A stretch of DNA of 64,000 nt from Basidiobolus meristosporus CBS 931.73 (Eukaryota; Fungi; Basidiobolomycota). The position numbers were made by a program, and so were the translations under genes. This document shows, one piece after another, positions 24,202 to 40,282 of this stretch. The notes beneath the pieces are model-generated. The model worked only from the letters and a program-made list of their open reading frames with translations. It was not told where the DNA came from and ran no database searches. Positions within the stretch are counted from its first letter, which is position 1; each line of letters begins with the position of its first letter. The DNA lies in NCBI GenBank assembly GCA_002104905.1, contig MCFE01000313.1:1-64000 (forward strand). The letters are read 5' to 3'.

Positions 24202-24367
24202 CATTCCCTGAAGCAATATGCTGGTCATAATCTCTCCATTTCTGCCACACGCACCTCCGTAAAATTGTGAATATCCCAAGAGACTTGTCGCAAATAAAAT
24301 TAGCTGGTTTATTTAATTGTACATCATTCATATTAGTAGTAAGGTGCATGGGGTGTAGGTTGACGAA

Positions 24368-25529
24368 CTACCGGGAATATCTAAGGAAGGCCAAGCCAAG
24401 CAGAGAGCCAGCGGTCAGACCCGTCAAGAAGAAACCGAAGTATCTCGACCAAAACGTATGGTCTTTGGGCAATTCCTTCTCACACAACAGACTCCCCTTC
24501 AATTCCTGTATCTCGATCTTCCACTTCTCCATGGTGATCATCACTTCTTCCCACCTATCCAGCCCTTTGTTCTTCCCCTCCTTGGTGACCAGACCTTTGA
24601 GCTCCTCTACCTTGCAGGCAATGATCTTCTCGAGAACGAATTTCTGCGCCTCCAGGGTATCCTCCGTCTGCTCCCGCAGTATCTGGTCGTAATCGGACAT
24701 CTGTTGCTGCAACGCTGCTTTCATACAATGCTGGTGCTCCTCAAAGCTCTGCTGCAACTTCCCTTGCAGGGCGCTGTGCTCTATGTGGATAAGCCTATGT
24801 AGCGATTGCTCCAGCGAGGCTTTCTGCTCCAAAAGCCGTTCATTGAGCGCTTGGTCGAACTCGGCCCTTTGCATCTCCAGCCTCTCTTGGATTGTTTCCT
24901 CGATGGTTCTGGAGAAGTCTTCTGGTGTTGGGGATTCGGGGGTTAACATGGCATTAAACTCGCCTTCGGGAATGATTGGTATATCTAAACCCGAAACGGT
25001 CTCCGTAGGCCCGTCAGACGTATGGATACCATGGTCGAACTCGGAGTAAATCGTCCGGGCCTCGTCTTCGCTGTACACGGAGCCATTGTCCAACGGAGAG
25101 CGTGTGCCTGTGCGGCTCTGCGAACGAGTATTCTTCGCCATGACTGATATGAATCAATACACGCGTTAGTACTTGACCATGTATACACGGGATACCCATC
25201 AGCCACTTACCTCTTCGTCTCTTTTCAACCTCCAAAATGTCCATCAGCTCTCGACACCATTTGATATTCACTCCTGAGGCTCGTAAGTCTTCAGGCTTCA
25301 TGCGCAAAAACCCCTTCCCATCTATCTCTCTCTTGAACACGAAATTGGCCAACTCCTTGGTCGCGTCCAGTGGCAAGTGAGTGTTTGACCGAATGAACGA
25401 GCTGACGTCGGCGGCGGACCATTTGGTAATGGATTTTAGTTGGTATTGCTCGGGATTAAGTGGGGTTGGACTGGGGATAGGGGGTATACTTGAGCGAGAG
25501 AGTCGAGAAGGACTACGTTTAGTGCTCAT
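24368..25529 (-). CDS. SAM-domain, coiled-coil, tail-anchored protein; one intron (25144-25210)
   Basis: Exon 1 WSAADVSSFI...FKREIDGKGFLRMKPEDLRASGV is SAM-like; intron GTAAGT...TACTAAC...CAG joins it in frame to the 257-aa ORF with heptad-rich middle and terminal TM FGFFLTGLTAGSLLGLAFL-RYSR. Confidence 0.75.
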
Positions 25530-26053
25530 GGCTTTTTTGAGTTAAGGGAATGAAGGTGGAATGAGTGCACATTCATCCATTAAATAAGCCATCGGCGCGG
25601 AGAACGTGGAGACGCATCAACAATACCAGTGTGTCACCTTCAAGGATGAAGTCTAGTCCAGTCTACAGTGTAGCCATTGAATGGCCGGTAGTGCAAATTT
25701 CGAGATGTTTCATCACTCGAGCCTGCCATAATTGGACATTGTAATTAGATGATGTTCGGCATAGAAATATCCTGGTAAGCAAGCCAAATAAATGGCGCAT
25801 TGCATCCATGCACTTACTGTTTGCTTCCCCACCAACCCTAGCCCTAACCCAGAATTTAAGCAGGATCTGATGGCGACGAAATCGACGCTCGACGGCCGAC
25901 CAAGCCAACATAGAGTTCGATTAAAAAAAAAAGAAAAAAAAGTGGATTTCGAATTGGGAAAAAAGTGGTTCGCTCAAGTATGGACGGCTGCCAAGAAAAG
26001 TCAAGGCTGGCTCTACCCACCTCTTCCATCCCCTTCAGCCAAGAATAGTTCAA

Positions 26054-28576
<2,523 letters not shown>

Positions 28577-29053
28577 GCCTCTCGTTCTCATACATTCGAA
28601 CTCCCTTGCCCACTCATTATTCTAATAACACACCAAACATATACAGCTCTTGTTTTATCCCTTCATACCTCACGCTATTCCTTGGTTGTTCTCTACTTCA
28701 TATCAGATTCCACCTCCACCAAAGCAACCTAGACGCAAACCCCATCCTTTATTTAGACCGATGTTTCTTTCATAGTTAGAGTATTGTACAAAATTAAAAT
28801 ACTTCCAATTATCTTGACGTCCCAGAGTTGTTTCCAATGGAGACAAAAATGGCCATTGGAAAAGGGGGAATGAGGAGAATAATCACAGGTGATACACAGG
28901 AGAATTCAATAGTCACAATCCTAAGCTCACCAGGCCTACTCTATCCGACTCATTATTACCTTCAGCCACCAAACTCCACGAAACTGATAGAAGCAACTTC
29001 CTCATTTACAGTAGCAAAAGAAAAGTAAGAAACTGTTCCACTTGCCATTAGCC

Positions 29054-31547
29054 ATGGACTATTTCTCTAGGTTCAAGTCCAAGATGGTGGGCCCAAAAAC
29101 AAAACCCAATCAAGCTCTTCGACTCACCAAGTTTCAAGAGTGTTGGAAAAGCATCCAAGTAAGCTGCTAGCACCTTGTCATTCTTGTTGTCACTTATTCA
29201 TCAGGCTTCCCTATAGAAAGTCCTAGAGAGTCGAGGGGTCAAGTCGGAATCCAAGGTGACGGAGCCGTTCAAAACCATAGTAGATCTGTTGGTTCAAGAA
29301 GAGATCGAAACAGAGGAAGGGACAACTGGAGTATGCATGGAGTATTTACTGAAAAATAACATCTTGGGCGAGCTGGTAACCTTGACAGAAAGCGACGGGC
29401 TGATTGGAGTGCGAGGGGAGGTGATTCGATTAATCTCCAGCATGATCAATCTGCTGGATGATAGATTTCTTGTACACAACGCAGTTCATGCCCCAACCTT
29501 AAAGATCCTCAACGCCTGCATGAACAAGCGAGATTCAAAGGAATGTCATGCGGACGACCTGGTCGATTTGATGTACAACATATGCTCCAAGATCCATGGG
29601 TATCCGGAGCTACTTCACATTTTCTTTCATGAGAAGCAGTGGCTCACTGTGCCTCAGAAATCCTCAGGCGGAAGGACACAGGGACAAAACCGGTTTTTCA
29701 ACCCGGATCTTCTGAGGAACCTGGTCGCAGGTGACTTCAATTCTAACGCAGGCGCAGAAGAGAGAGAGTACGAGTTTGTCTTCTTCAAGCATCTAATGGG
29801 ATTTATTCACAAAGAGGGGAAAACCGGAGATATAGCGAGGACTGCCTTGCTCTTCTTGATGGATATCACCAATTCTGGCCTGCGGGACTTCATTCTCACC
29901 GGGGATTTCTGTGCCATTATAGCTGCTGGTCTGGGCGCCTTCTATTCTCAGCTACCACGAAAGCTAGTGGTCGACATGAGCACCGAACCCACACCCCCCG
30001 CTGTCCCGAGTGCGCGCGAGGCTCAAAGCAACGAGATCTCCAGCTCTCTGGAGTTCCAAACCACGCTGGAATCGTTTCTGAAATACATCGACTTCACCCA
30101 GGAGGTCCTGATCAGGTGCTCAAGTGGAAGTATTTGCAACTCGCTGTTGGAAAACACGAAGAACTTGTTTTTAGAGAACATACTCTACCCTTCCTTGCTG
30201 GAGTGCTCGGATGTCGACGGCTCGGCAGTCGCGGTCATCACCTACTTGGATATACTAATCCAGAGCGTCCAGAACACCGAGCTGAATAACATGATCGTCG
30301 CCTATCTAGTGAACTCTGACCTAGCCAAGCTCCCCCTCGTGACGAATCAATCGGCCAAGATCGCCGCTGATGACCATTCGGCAGAGGTGCTTGTTCCACC
30401 ACTGCTCCCGTATAACATGAAGGACCTGATCTTTTCCGGTCTGAGGTCCACCTCGCAACCGGCAGTTATCGCAGCCTTGAAGCTTCTCAAAACCATGCTT
30501 ACGCGCCACTGTATGTACACGCTGAATTTCCTCGACATAGAGTTCGTATCGCAGCAGCAAGAGCCAATGGCCAGGAGATGGTGTACGCCGGTCAACGACC
30601 ACCTGCGCGTCTTGAACCGATATCTATCGCTGATATCATTGATCGACCCCTCACACGAGAAAGAGACCTCCGTTAAAGGATACGGTCAGTATCTATTGGA
30701 CGCCGGTGCTGCGATGGAGGGTCATGAGCAATACCATCAAGATGATATTGCCCACATCCAGCCGAAAAATCCTCTCGCGGAGCGTAAAGCCAAGCGACAT
30801 GCAAGGACAATGAGCGTCAGGTATTCAGACCTCGAAGTGACCAGGAGTTCCATTGACGAGAAGCCAGCTGAGGTGGCCTCGCTCTTCCCGCAGTGTCTTG
30901 GCACCTGTAGTCTCTACAAGCATAGGATCAACTCCACCGACCCAATGATGCATATCTTGATCGGGTTGTTATCTGGCTTTTTCGGACAATCTTGCGAGCT
31001 GAATCTTGCAGTCACTGGGGTACTCATAGCTGTGGTATCGTGTCCGTCCCGAGACCTAGAAGGTTGGGTCTCTTCCAAAGTAGAGTCGCCATCTCCCCAC
31101 AACAGCCGCGGCTCCTCGATAAACCCTTCGGAGCAAAAGGAATCAAAGTCCGAGACACCGAGTCTGATCTACGACGACGAAAGCAGCGACGAGGAGATCG
31201 ACCCATCCATACAAGAGGAGATCAACCAGACCAGGCTGTATGAGGACCCGGCGTTCTTCGCGGTGCTAGAGGAGCTCTCGAACCAGATAGTTCGCTGCAA
31301 GAGAGACTTCCCTCAGTTTGACCAGCGCTTCCAATCACGTAGGGAAGAGTTGCTGGACTTCTCGGAGAAACCCACCACGAAGGCGCTCCGGAGTTCGAAA
31401 GAGAACGAGATGAACCTGAGTGCCAATAGGAAATCCTTTGAGGAGATCATAGACAATGCCATAATACTAAATGAGGTGATCAAAGAGATCGTTAGTATCA
31501 TTCAGGTGAGACGAAGCTTGGGCGTAGATGAGATATGGTATGTCTGA
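29054..31547 (+). CDS. FHIP/FAM160 (RAI16-like) FTS-Hook-interacting protein; one intron (29159-29216)
   Basis: MDYFSRFK..., LLVQEE...GVCMEYLLKNNILGELV, FIHKEGKTGDIARTALL, FLENILYPSLLE, FFGQSCELNLAVTGVL, NAIILNEVIKEIVSIIQVRRSLGVDEI match the RAI16-like N- and C-terminal regions. Confidence 0.85.
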
Positions 31548-31601
31548 TGGTGGCTGATGTCTTTATTTAATATAAACATCAATTCAATAAACGGTGTTGG
31601 T

Positions 31602-32527
31602 TCATTTCTGGCTTGATCCACTGAAGTTCTCACCCCCATTGTTAAGATACTCAATCTCAGATGCGGTGGAGGCTCGCCCTAGAACCTCGTTTCGGTGAGG
31701 AAACCGGCCAAACTTCTCGATGACCACTCGATGGCGATTGGCGAATGAAACGAATTCCACCGCCACTGGACGAATATTCTGGTTCGTAGAGTAAGGGTTG
31801 GTAAGGCACAGCAGTCTAATGCGAAATAGATGCCTACCTCGTCGCAATCATCTACTAACTCCTCGTACTTCTGTACGGCGTAATCCTGCAACTTGAGGTC
31901 TTCGGCATGCTCAAAGGGCTATCCGAAGTGCTTTAGTACAGGAAAATCTTCGGAGACCCCGGCCATAACTTACCAAATACAAAAAGATCCTCTCGATTGG
32001 CTGTAGCTCCTTCTCCATACCAGAGTTGATCACGTAGTTTGCCAAGGTAACGGACTTGGGGTCGGCTTCAAACGACTTCGGAGAGTTACGGTACAGGTTG
32101 CGGGAGAATTGGTCCAGTAGGATTATCATGGAAAGCGTTCCCTAGGAAAGATAGTTAAGGTCCAGGTGAAATATCGTCTGTACAGAAGCTCCACTCCATT
32201 ACCTGAGCTGTTTTGCTCAACTCTGCTTCATATTTTCCTTCTTCGAATAGGGCGTCCCGGTCCCGTTTGAAGTTCTCGCTGAAAGGCTAAGTTTACTTTC
32301 GCGCGGCTGCCGAAGCCAGGCACATCCACTTACCGAATATATTCGTCGGTTTCTTTTTGGCCGCCAAACCAATGCTTGAAAGAAACAGAAGAAATAGGTT
32401 GGCCTTGTTGGTAGCCTACAAGCGGGGGGAAGGTCAGACTTGAATAGCAATATCAAACAGGTCGCGTAGTCTCACCTTGGAACCAGAAGGATAACACTCG
32501 TTTTTGCAAAGCCAGTGCTGCGGACAT
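31602..32527 (-). CDS. DUF924 family protein; 5 introns
   Basis: Spliced model MSAALALQKRVLSFWFQG|YQQG...HWFGGQKETDEYIR|ENF...|GTLSMIILLDQFSRNLYR...IFLYL|PFEHAEDL...HRVVIEKFGRFPHRNEVLGRAST carries the DUF924 signatures. Confidence 0.88.
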
Positions 32528-33008
32528 GTTCAGAATATTTTGTGGTCAAAAGTTGAAAAGCAAGGGCCGTTCCAAATGCCGAATCATATGTAACACAGTG
32601 CAGGAGGGTAGACAGCCACGTAACGAATGGCACCCTTCCAAAACAGGATTGGTAAGGACTGATTAATAACATTAAATCCTCGGCGAGCTACATCCATTTG
32701 AGCAATATTTGCAGCGCATAATCAAGCGTATGATTCGATACGATGCATGGCTGGCGCGAAAACGTTGAAACTTTCCAGAATTAGTATAGCAAGGAACAAG
32801 CATGATGCTTTGGTAGTTGCCAGAGTCTTAGTAATCAGCGGAATTCAGATCCGTTGGCTCCGGGCCAATCAGTTAGATCAGATTCCAACTAGTCGGTTGC
32901 CAAGAAAATGTACAAGTTCCATTGGCTATCCAAGCTTGCTCTCACCTGGCCGAAACATATAAAACCTCTCTGGCAATACAGTATTTACTACACATCACTC
33001 CCAACATT

Positions 33009-33488
33009 ATGAGCTCCTTCTACGAACTTAAGGCAAACGACAAGAAACACCAGCCATTTGACTTTGCCACGTTAAAGGGAAAAGTCGTGCTGATAGTAAA
33101 CGTTGCATCCAAGTGCGGCTTTACCCCCCAGTACCACGGGCTGGAAGCCCTCTACAAGAAATACAAAGACCGTGATTTCATCATTCTCGGGTTCCCCTGC
33201 GATCAGTTCGGAGGTCAGGAGCCAGGCAACGAAGAGGAGATATCCAGCTTTTGCGAGCTCAACTTCGGGGTGACGTTTCCACTGATGGAAAAGAGCGAAG
33301 TGAATGGAGATCATGCTAACCCAGTATTTGAGTATCTGAAGAATCAGAAGTCAGGCCTGATGGGACTCAAGCGAATCAAGTGGAACTTCGAGAAATTCCT
33401 TGTCGACCGAAACGGCGAGGTGGTCTCTCGCTATGCGTCCACGACGAAACCAGAATCCCTCGAAAAAGACATCGAAAAGCTATTGTAA
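33009..33488 (+). CDS. Cys-type glutathione peroxidase (Gpx/Hyr1-like), intronless
   Basis: VNVASKCGFTPQY, LGFPCDQFGGQEPG, IKWNFEKFL; ATG at 33009. Confidence 0.96.
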   Translation: MSSFYELKANDKKHQPFDFATLKGKVVLIVNVASKCGFTPQYHGLEALYKKYKDRDFIILGFPCDQFGGQEPGNEEEISSFCELNFGVTFPLMEKSEVNGDHANPVFEYLKNQKSGLMGLKRIKWNFEKFLVDRNGEVVSRYASTTKPESLEKDIEKLL

Positions 33489-34047
33489 TCTAACCCAGCG
33501 GAGTAAACAGCTTATGTGATTAGTTAACCAAAATAAATGACTGTTGTATAGATGAAAACATCTCCGAAGACGATAATCTCTAACCAAACTTCACTGCGAG
33601 TATTCTTACTAACCAGACAGGTAGATTACGATCAACAGTGGATGAAGCAGCGAGCCCATTGGACCAAGATCATGAGTGATCATGACAAGATATGATTTTT
33701 AACACGTGCCCCGCCTTTATCTTCCCAAGTAAATGACTAAAAGTGAGCATCGCTCGTTTGTTGTCATACAATCATCCAGTGCAGGCCCGACGTAGATCAA
33801 CTTCTCATAAAATTAAGTGACGATTGTACATACCTTATTATTGATCGAGCACCAATCAGATGGTGTAGATGTTAGATATCTTTTCGTGTCCTTGTGATCA
33901 CACTTCCGCCAGTAGCACCAAGTATTGGAAAGTAATCTTGTTATATAAAGCATTTACAATCAGGAAATTGGAGCTGAACTCTTGTTATGAACTGATCAAG
34001 CCTCCATCTTCTACTTCTTCACAAGCTGACTTTCCACGTTGCATATC

Positions 34048-34967
34048 ATGCCTCCCTTAAATATGTCAGCAGAGCACTTTGATACAAAGCCTTCCGGGCT
34101 GGTAAACCTAACTACTCCTGTCTCTTGTGCCCCCACCTCCACTTTTTCGGAAGAGGAGTCTTGTTCGGAGCATGACTCCTGCCCTCCAAACCAAGCCTCC
34201 CTTTTTTTGAAACTCTCCCCCGACCTCAACCCTGCGAATCCTGCCAAGAAGCAGGCGAGTAAGAAATCCTCCTCGTACAAAGTCAACGGGGTGAACATCC
34301 TCAACCGAAAGAGCCTTGACGGCAAAGCCGTGATGGAGCGGTTAAAGAAGAGACGAGAGAACCATAACTCCGTCGAGCGCAAACGTCGGGACAACATAAA
34401 CCACACCATCCTCGAAATCTCCCAGCTTATCCCTCAAGATGCTGCCACAAATACCAAGTCGAATAAAGGGAATATCTTGCGTATGGCTGCCGAATACATC
34501 AAGGTAGTCGATTGCCACCCGACTTTCTCCATACGCAGGTGTATACTCACGTCATTTGTTGTTAGGAATTGCAGATGGAAAATCAACGTCTCAAGTCACG
34601 ATTGAGCAGTTGCAATAAGTCAGGATCTATGTATCCAGGAACAGCGACCACCCATGTCGGTAGCTACACCGCTTATCCTACCAACAGGTTATTCTATTAC
34701 AATGAACAGGCCACCGATCGATACGTGACTTCACAAACAGTCAAAGTGGAGCAGAGTGGCCACGGTTTGCCAAACAAAGTCACCCCCCATCCTCCAGTCA
34801 TCCAGAACAGTGAATACGGATACAACTATCAACGGTTACCAGCACAACATTACCCAACTAGACCCAGCTTGCCATTACCAAGCATCGATCCTGCTTGCCA
34901 ATATCCGCCAGTACACCGTCGAGGTCTGATGCGCATCGACTATCACAATACGCTGAATTTGGTTTAG
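34048..34967 (+). CDS. bHLH(-Zip) E-box transcription factor; one intron (34504-34565)
   Basis: RRENHNSVERKRRDNIN...SNKGNILRMAAEYIK|ELQMENQRL. Confidence 0.9.
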
Positions 34968-35381
34968 ATCTCGATGTATATCCACTGAATATGGCTCAAT
35001 GTTGATGTATATCCACTGTATTTACCCACTGTATTTACCCACTATATCCACCTTACTCATAACACACATCACTCCCATCGCATACTTCGTTGAGATCACC
35101 ATCCGCAGCAATTCATCAAGCCAATGCACCATCAATTCCTACTGCGGCTGATTACTAAGTGCGTTAAGATTAGCTAATGCACCTGACCCAATCCAAGTAA
35201 ACACATCTTAATCATCCCACCATCTTTCCTTATTGCGGCATGGTGTGCCAGGAAATTCGGAATTAGAGATACTCCATATCACACAGCTGTGCCTGGGAAT
35301 CGTGATATATAAACCAAATGGGACCAAGGTGCCGTATCTCGTACTATCATTTCCATAATATCTCGCCGATTATTTTCCATC

Positions 35382-36835
35382 ATGATTGAAGCTGACGCTT
35401 TATTACCGGTCGCTTCTGAAGAGGTTCGTCAGAACTCCTTCATCCATTGCGCCGCTTCCTCTGTTTCCTCCCTCTATAGTTGGTATTGGCCGACCGCAAA
35501 GCGAAGCGCCGAAGAGGCCGAATACCGCCTGCTGTCTCGATTAAAGTTTTTCTCCACCGACAGTAACGACCTCAAAGATTCCCCTGATGTTGGCTATAAG
35601 ACCATAGCGAAAAGCGGTCTGGTTGATATCGGGGATGGCCAGAAGATTAATACTTTCGTGATCGACTCCGTCCGCGTTCAGGACAAGCCAGCACAAACTG
35701 CTGAAAACAACCCAAGCGATGTATCAGAGGACAAAGCCAAAGAACTTGGGTATCACGCTTCTCCACAAACTGACCTCAAATTTGATACGAACGTCGACCT
35801 TGAGAGCGAAAGCAAAGACAAGCAGCCCAAGAAGGTTTTGGTTATTACCCACGGCTACGGCGCAGGCCTGGGGTGCTACTACCGCAATCTTAATAGCTTG
35901 AGTCAAGTGCCAGGCTGGCGTATTTATGCTATCGATTGGCTTGGTATGGGGAGAAGCAGCCGTTCTGCTTTTCCTCATGGCAAACGCTACTCCCGCACCG
36001 AAGAAGAGCGTGTCTCGAACGCAGAGAATTTCTTTGTCGACTCCCTAGAAAGATGGAGAGAGAAGAATGGAATTGAAGAAATGACACTGCTCGGACACTC
36101 TATGGGTGGCTATTTGTCAGCAGTCTACGCTATGAAATACCCTAACCGAGTGAACAAACTGATCCTTGCCTCGCCTGGTAAGCATTTGGTTCATGAGATC
36201 CCTTGGAGTGTGCATATTTGCTAATAGATGATTGACGTGTTTGTATAGTTGGTATTCCAAAGAATCAATACAAGGAACCTGAGGAGAACAAGAACATATC
36301 TCTTCAAAACAGCCAGCCTAACGAGTTTTCGAACCGTCGTAGAGTTCTACCTGGTTGGGCTGTTAAACTGTGGAATTGGAACGTGACCCCTCAATCCATT
36401 GTGCGCTTCACGGGCCGCTTCGGCCCCTCGCTTGTGGGTGGATATGTATATCGCCGGTTTGCATTCCTCGATAAAGAGGATCAGGACGACCTCAAAGACT
36501 ACATCTATCATATTTCCTCCATGAGTGGCTCCGGGGAATATGCCTTAGGCACCATTCTTGAGCCAGGCGCATTCGCCCGTAAACCCCTAATCGACCGACT
36601 TCACGAACTCAAGGTACCAACCACCTTCCTATATGGTGCAGTCGATTGGATGGATCACCGACACGCCTTGGAAGCACGCAAGCGTATGAAGGTCCCGACC
36701 AAAGTGGTGGTGATCCCCCGTGCTGGGCACCAGCTGTTTATCGAGAACCCGGTAGACTTCGACAACGCTGTCATTGCCGAAATGACAGATAAGCAACAGG
36801 AGCACGAGGTTGAGGCAGATGCGGCGTCTTTGTAA
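35382..36835 (+). CDS. Alpha/beta hydrolase, ABHD4/ABHD5-Cld1/Ict1-like lipase/acyltransferase; one intron (~36179-36249)
   Basis: VITHGYGAGLG, IDWLGMGRSSR, LLGHSMGGYL, LYGAVDWMD, GHQLFIEN (HX4E variant of HX4D). Confidence 0.9.
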
Positions 36836-37272
36836 TGTACATATTAAGAAATCGACAACAATAATGTTTAATAATAATAAACCCCCCACCCCCCTCATTT
36901 CAATCAATCCCATCTCATCATTGCTTGGATGCTTGCACAGTTGGCCGAGTGAACCTGTGACCGGGCTTCGACCGATATGATGTGATAGTGACGGCTTTCT
37001 ATGCAGCCCCCCTTGTCACAAGCAGACCAAAAGTATTGGTGAACCGAGTTTCTGGCCCAGCGTCGCAGCCACGAATATGGAATAGATGTGTTGCTTTTAA
37101 TGGATAAGTGTGGGTCATTACAAGGAGTAAAGTCTAAAATTACATATATATGGTCTATGTATTAGGGAAACATAGGGATGAGCTTAGGTGTTCGAGTGGT
37201 GGGAAGGATCTTGAATCTATGTACATTGGGAAATGAACTTGCATCAGCACCAACTCGCTAGAATACATCATT

Positions 37273-38089
37273 CTATTGTGGGGAAGGGGAATTGACTGTA
37301 CTAGAGCTTGACGAGTTCGAGTCGGAGAAGTCCGAGGGTCCGTCAAGGTTGAGGGTGGATTCCAGCTCGATCAGCTGGTAGACCAAGGACAAATTCGGAG
37401 AAATATGCGGGCTGCGCAGTTTGACAAATGAATAGGCCTCATTCAATGGTAGATGTAATGTACGCATAACATAGGCAATAATCAAACTGGCTGAACGCGA
37501 GACTCCACATTGGCAGTGTACCAGTACCCCTAGGCCTTCCACGCGAGCCCGATCAATGAACCCAAACAATTCACCCAGGTCCTTACTGAGCTGTTCCTGG
37601 TTGTGAGACCAGTGGACTTTTTTGTATTTGAGCGTGCGTGGTAAGGAGTCGGGTGTCAACGATATAGCTCGATTCGTCCTCGGTGGCCCCTTTGGGGAAG
37701 AAGGGGGAGTCAACCTCTTGGGCTACGTTCAGGATGTAGTGGATGTTGGCTTCCTCGAGCATGGCTTTGTCCTGCGCGTTCTGTTCTGAGCCCAGATACA
37801 GATTCTGCAGTATACAAAGCGGACCCGCCTCATACTTACTATCTTGGGTATTAGCGACAGGCTCCTGAGTTATTGGAGAGGGAGCATTGGTGTACAGCGG
37901 TGATATGTTCAATGGAGTTATTGCTATTGGCGTGCTGGCAGACGAAGGCGGTGCTGAAAGGGTTGAGGTGGGCTGAGGGATCACCAGAGATAGCGGCTTA
38001 CAGTGCCGTTTTTTGACGTCCAGTCGTAGAGGACCTCGGGTGGCTTTCGAAAACGAACGGGAAATGGTGTTGGGAAGCATTACAGTCAT
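37273..38089 (-). CDS. Dual-specificity (MAPK) phosphatase, frame broken near 37700
   Basis: PLCILQNLYLGSE...HYILNVAQEV in one frame; YKKVHWSHNQ...FIDRAR...VLVHCQCGVSRSASLIIAYVM in the +1 frame; no convincing intron joins them. Confidence 0.85.
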
Positions 38090-38831
38090 GGCAGACAAAA
38101 TCAATGTTAATATAGGGCTTTGATTATCGCGATGCTTGAGTCTATATGTCAACAAGGGGGTTGTTGGATCAAGGGGATTACTGCGAAATTAGCTATTAGA
38201 GAAGGAATCAAGTTTGAGAGAAATCAAAGCGGAATGGGGAAGGTTAAATAGCAGGCGGATGCCATTCAAAAATAGCACGCGGGTTCCATTCAAAAATAGC
38301 CCCATCTCAAACCAATCTAACAATGAATGTTGTTTTCCAACCCTAACCCTAACCCTGATCCCACCACTTTTCCATTTACGATCACCCAACCCACTCATTG
38401 GCCTAATGAACAGGAATTGCACAATGTTTCTAGCACCTTAATTCTAATCCTAGCGAGGTCTATTTTTGAAACCACCGCGGTTATTTTTAGCTCAAGGAAA
38501 ACCCAAGGATCTTTCCTATTAGAAGAATACCGGTTGTACTTATAGCTGCACCTTGCACTTACCTCCGACTGATGTAACCAGTGTATCGAGTTGGGCTGGA
38601 TTGCGCAATGCCCCAGCCATGTGATACACCAAGCCCTCGTAGTCAAGAGGATGCTCCCTAGTTGGGAATTTAATCAGGGTTGGTCAATTTCCGGCTTAGT
38701 TGGCTAATTTCCGGTCTAGCGGCCACCCTCAGGAATTGCGATCAGGAAAAAAGAAATGTCCCCCGGTTTTTTTTCTTCCGGATGTATAATTGCGAATGGG
38801 CGGGAGACGGATTCCTTCTCTTACATTGAAC

Positions 38832-39790
38832 ATGGCTGCTCAAATCTCCAAGAAGAGAAAGGTACTTGTCCATTGATTTTTGTTGGTAGTTCGCGGATAG
38901 GCCGTATGTGGTGTCGTGGATTGGATTGGTTATGTTATCCGAGCGACGGATATGCGATGGATGGGTAGTTGTAGAGAATGGATCGGACGCACGAACCGCG
39001 GTCCGGGATGTGTAGTTAGCGCCCTGAGCCAGAGCAACCATGACTAAATGTCTTTCCCTTTGTGTAGTTCGTCGCCGATGGCGTCTTCTATGCCGAGCTG
39101 AACGAATTCTTCACTCGCGAACTTGCCGAGGAGGGTTACTCCGGTGTTGAGGTGCGTGTCACTCCTGCCCGTACCGAAATCATCATCCGTGCCACTCGCA
39201 CCCAAGACGTTCTTGGTGAGAAGGGTCGCCGTATCCGTGAATTGACTTCCGTCGTCCAGAAGCGTTTCAACTTCCCCGAGAACACCGTTGAGCTCTACGC
39301 CGAGCGTGTTGCCAACCGTGGTCTCTGCGCCGTCGCTCAATGCGAAGCCGTCCGTCACAAGTTGCTCGCTGGACTTGCCGTCCGTCGTGCTGCTCACTCC
39401 GTCCTTCGTTTCGCCATGGAGTCCGGTGCCAAGGGTGCTGAGGTTGTTATCTCCGGTAAGCTCCGTGCTGCTCGTGCCAAGGCCATGAAGTTCGCCGATG
39501 GTTTCATGATCCACTCCGGTCAACCCGTCCGCGATTACATTGATACCGCCGTCCGTCACGTTCTCCTTCGTCAAGGTGTTCTCGGTATCAAGGTCAAGAT
39601 CATGTTGGACTGGGATCCTTCTGGTAAGATCGGTCCTAAGAACCCTCTTCCTGATATGATCACCGTCATGGAGCCCAAGGAGGAAGCCCCTGTCACCGAG
39701 CCCATCTCCGAGGACTTCCAGAAGAAGGTCGAGGCCCCTGTTGAGGCTGAGGCCGCCGAGCAAACCGCTGCTCCTGTTGAAGCTCACTAA
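38832..39790 (+). CDS. RPS3: 40S ribosomal protein S3 (uS3); intron 38862-39067
   Basis: [10 protein letters not shown]|[33 protein letters not shown]...[16 protein letters not shown]...[10 protein letters not shown]; strong codon bias. Confidence 0.98.
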
Positions 39791-40282
39791 TTTTCAGCGA
39801 GTTCTCTAATTTATAATAAACGTTCCATGCTGCTTTCTTGGGGTAGCCGCGAATCTTAAATTCAATCTGGTCTTTTGCTTCTTTGGAACATCCCAGTGTA
39901 CCGGTAAATCCGCTTCCTTGGTGTGGATTCAGAAATAGAAATTTTGCAACTGGGATGCCTTAATGGGGAGCACATGTGGGAAACTGGTGGAGGGATTTGT
40001 TCACAGCCGATTAAAGAATACACGACCCCAGGTGCGGATATGTGTGGATATATTTGTTCATCGACGGCACTAAAGATTTACAATCAGAGGTGTGATAGAT
40101 CTGAGATGGCTAATACATAGTAGATTGCTGAAGTTTATTCTTTCGATTATGTAATACTTCTCACATACTGTGAAAGTGGATTTTCATTTACAAAGGTTGG
40201 ATTAACAATGTTGCTTTTGTTCCTGCTAGTCTTACTGATTGCACTGACAATGTAGGTGTGGTACTACTACCGCTTTGCGAGA

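Noticed and set aside
33009-33488. Selenocysteine recoding in the glutathione peroxidase
   Set aside because: The active-site codon is TGC (Cys) and there is no in-frame TGA.
38338-38358. True or interstitial telomere
   Set aside because: Only ~3 units in a promoter; treated as a possible transcription factor site instead.
38862-39067. Intronic snoRNA in the unusually long RPS3 intron
   Set aside because: A CTGA is present but no convincing C box (RUGAUGA), terminal stem or H/ACA architecture; long introns are common in fungal ribosomal protein genes.
39044-39787. Long antisense ORFs over RPS3, PUT2 (48040-48747), PRP43 (27122-27850), the transporter (17708-18499, alternative frame) and the HAM1-like genes
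   Set aside because: Expected shadows of strong codon bias or high GC3; no recognisable domains.
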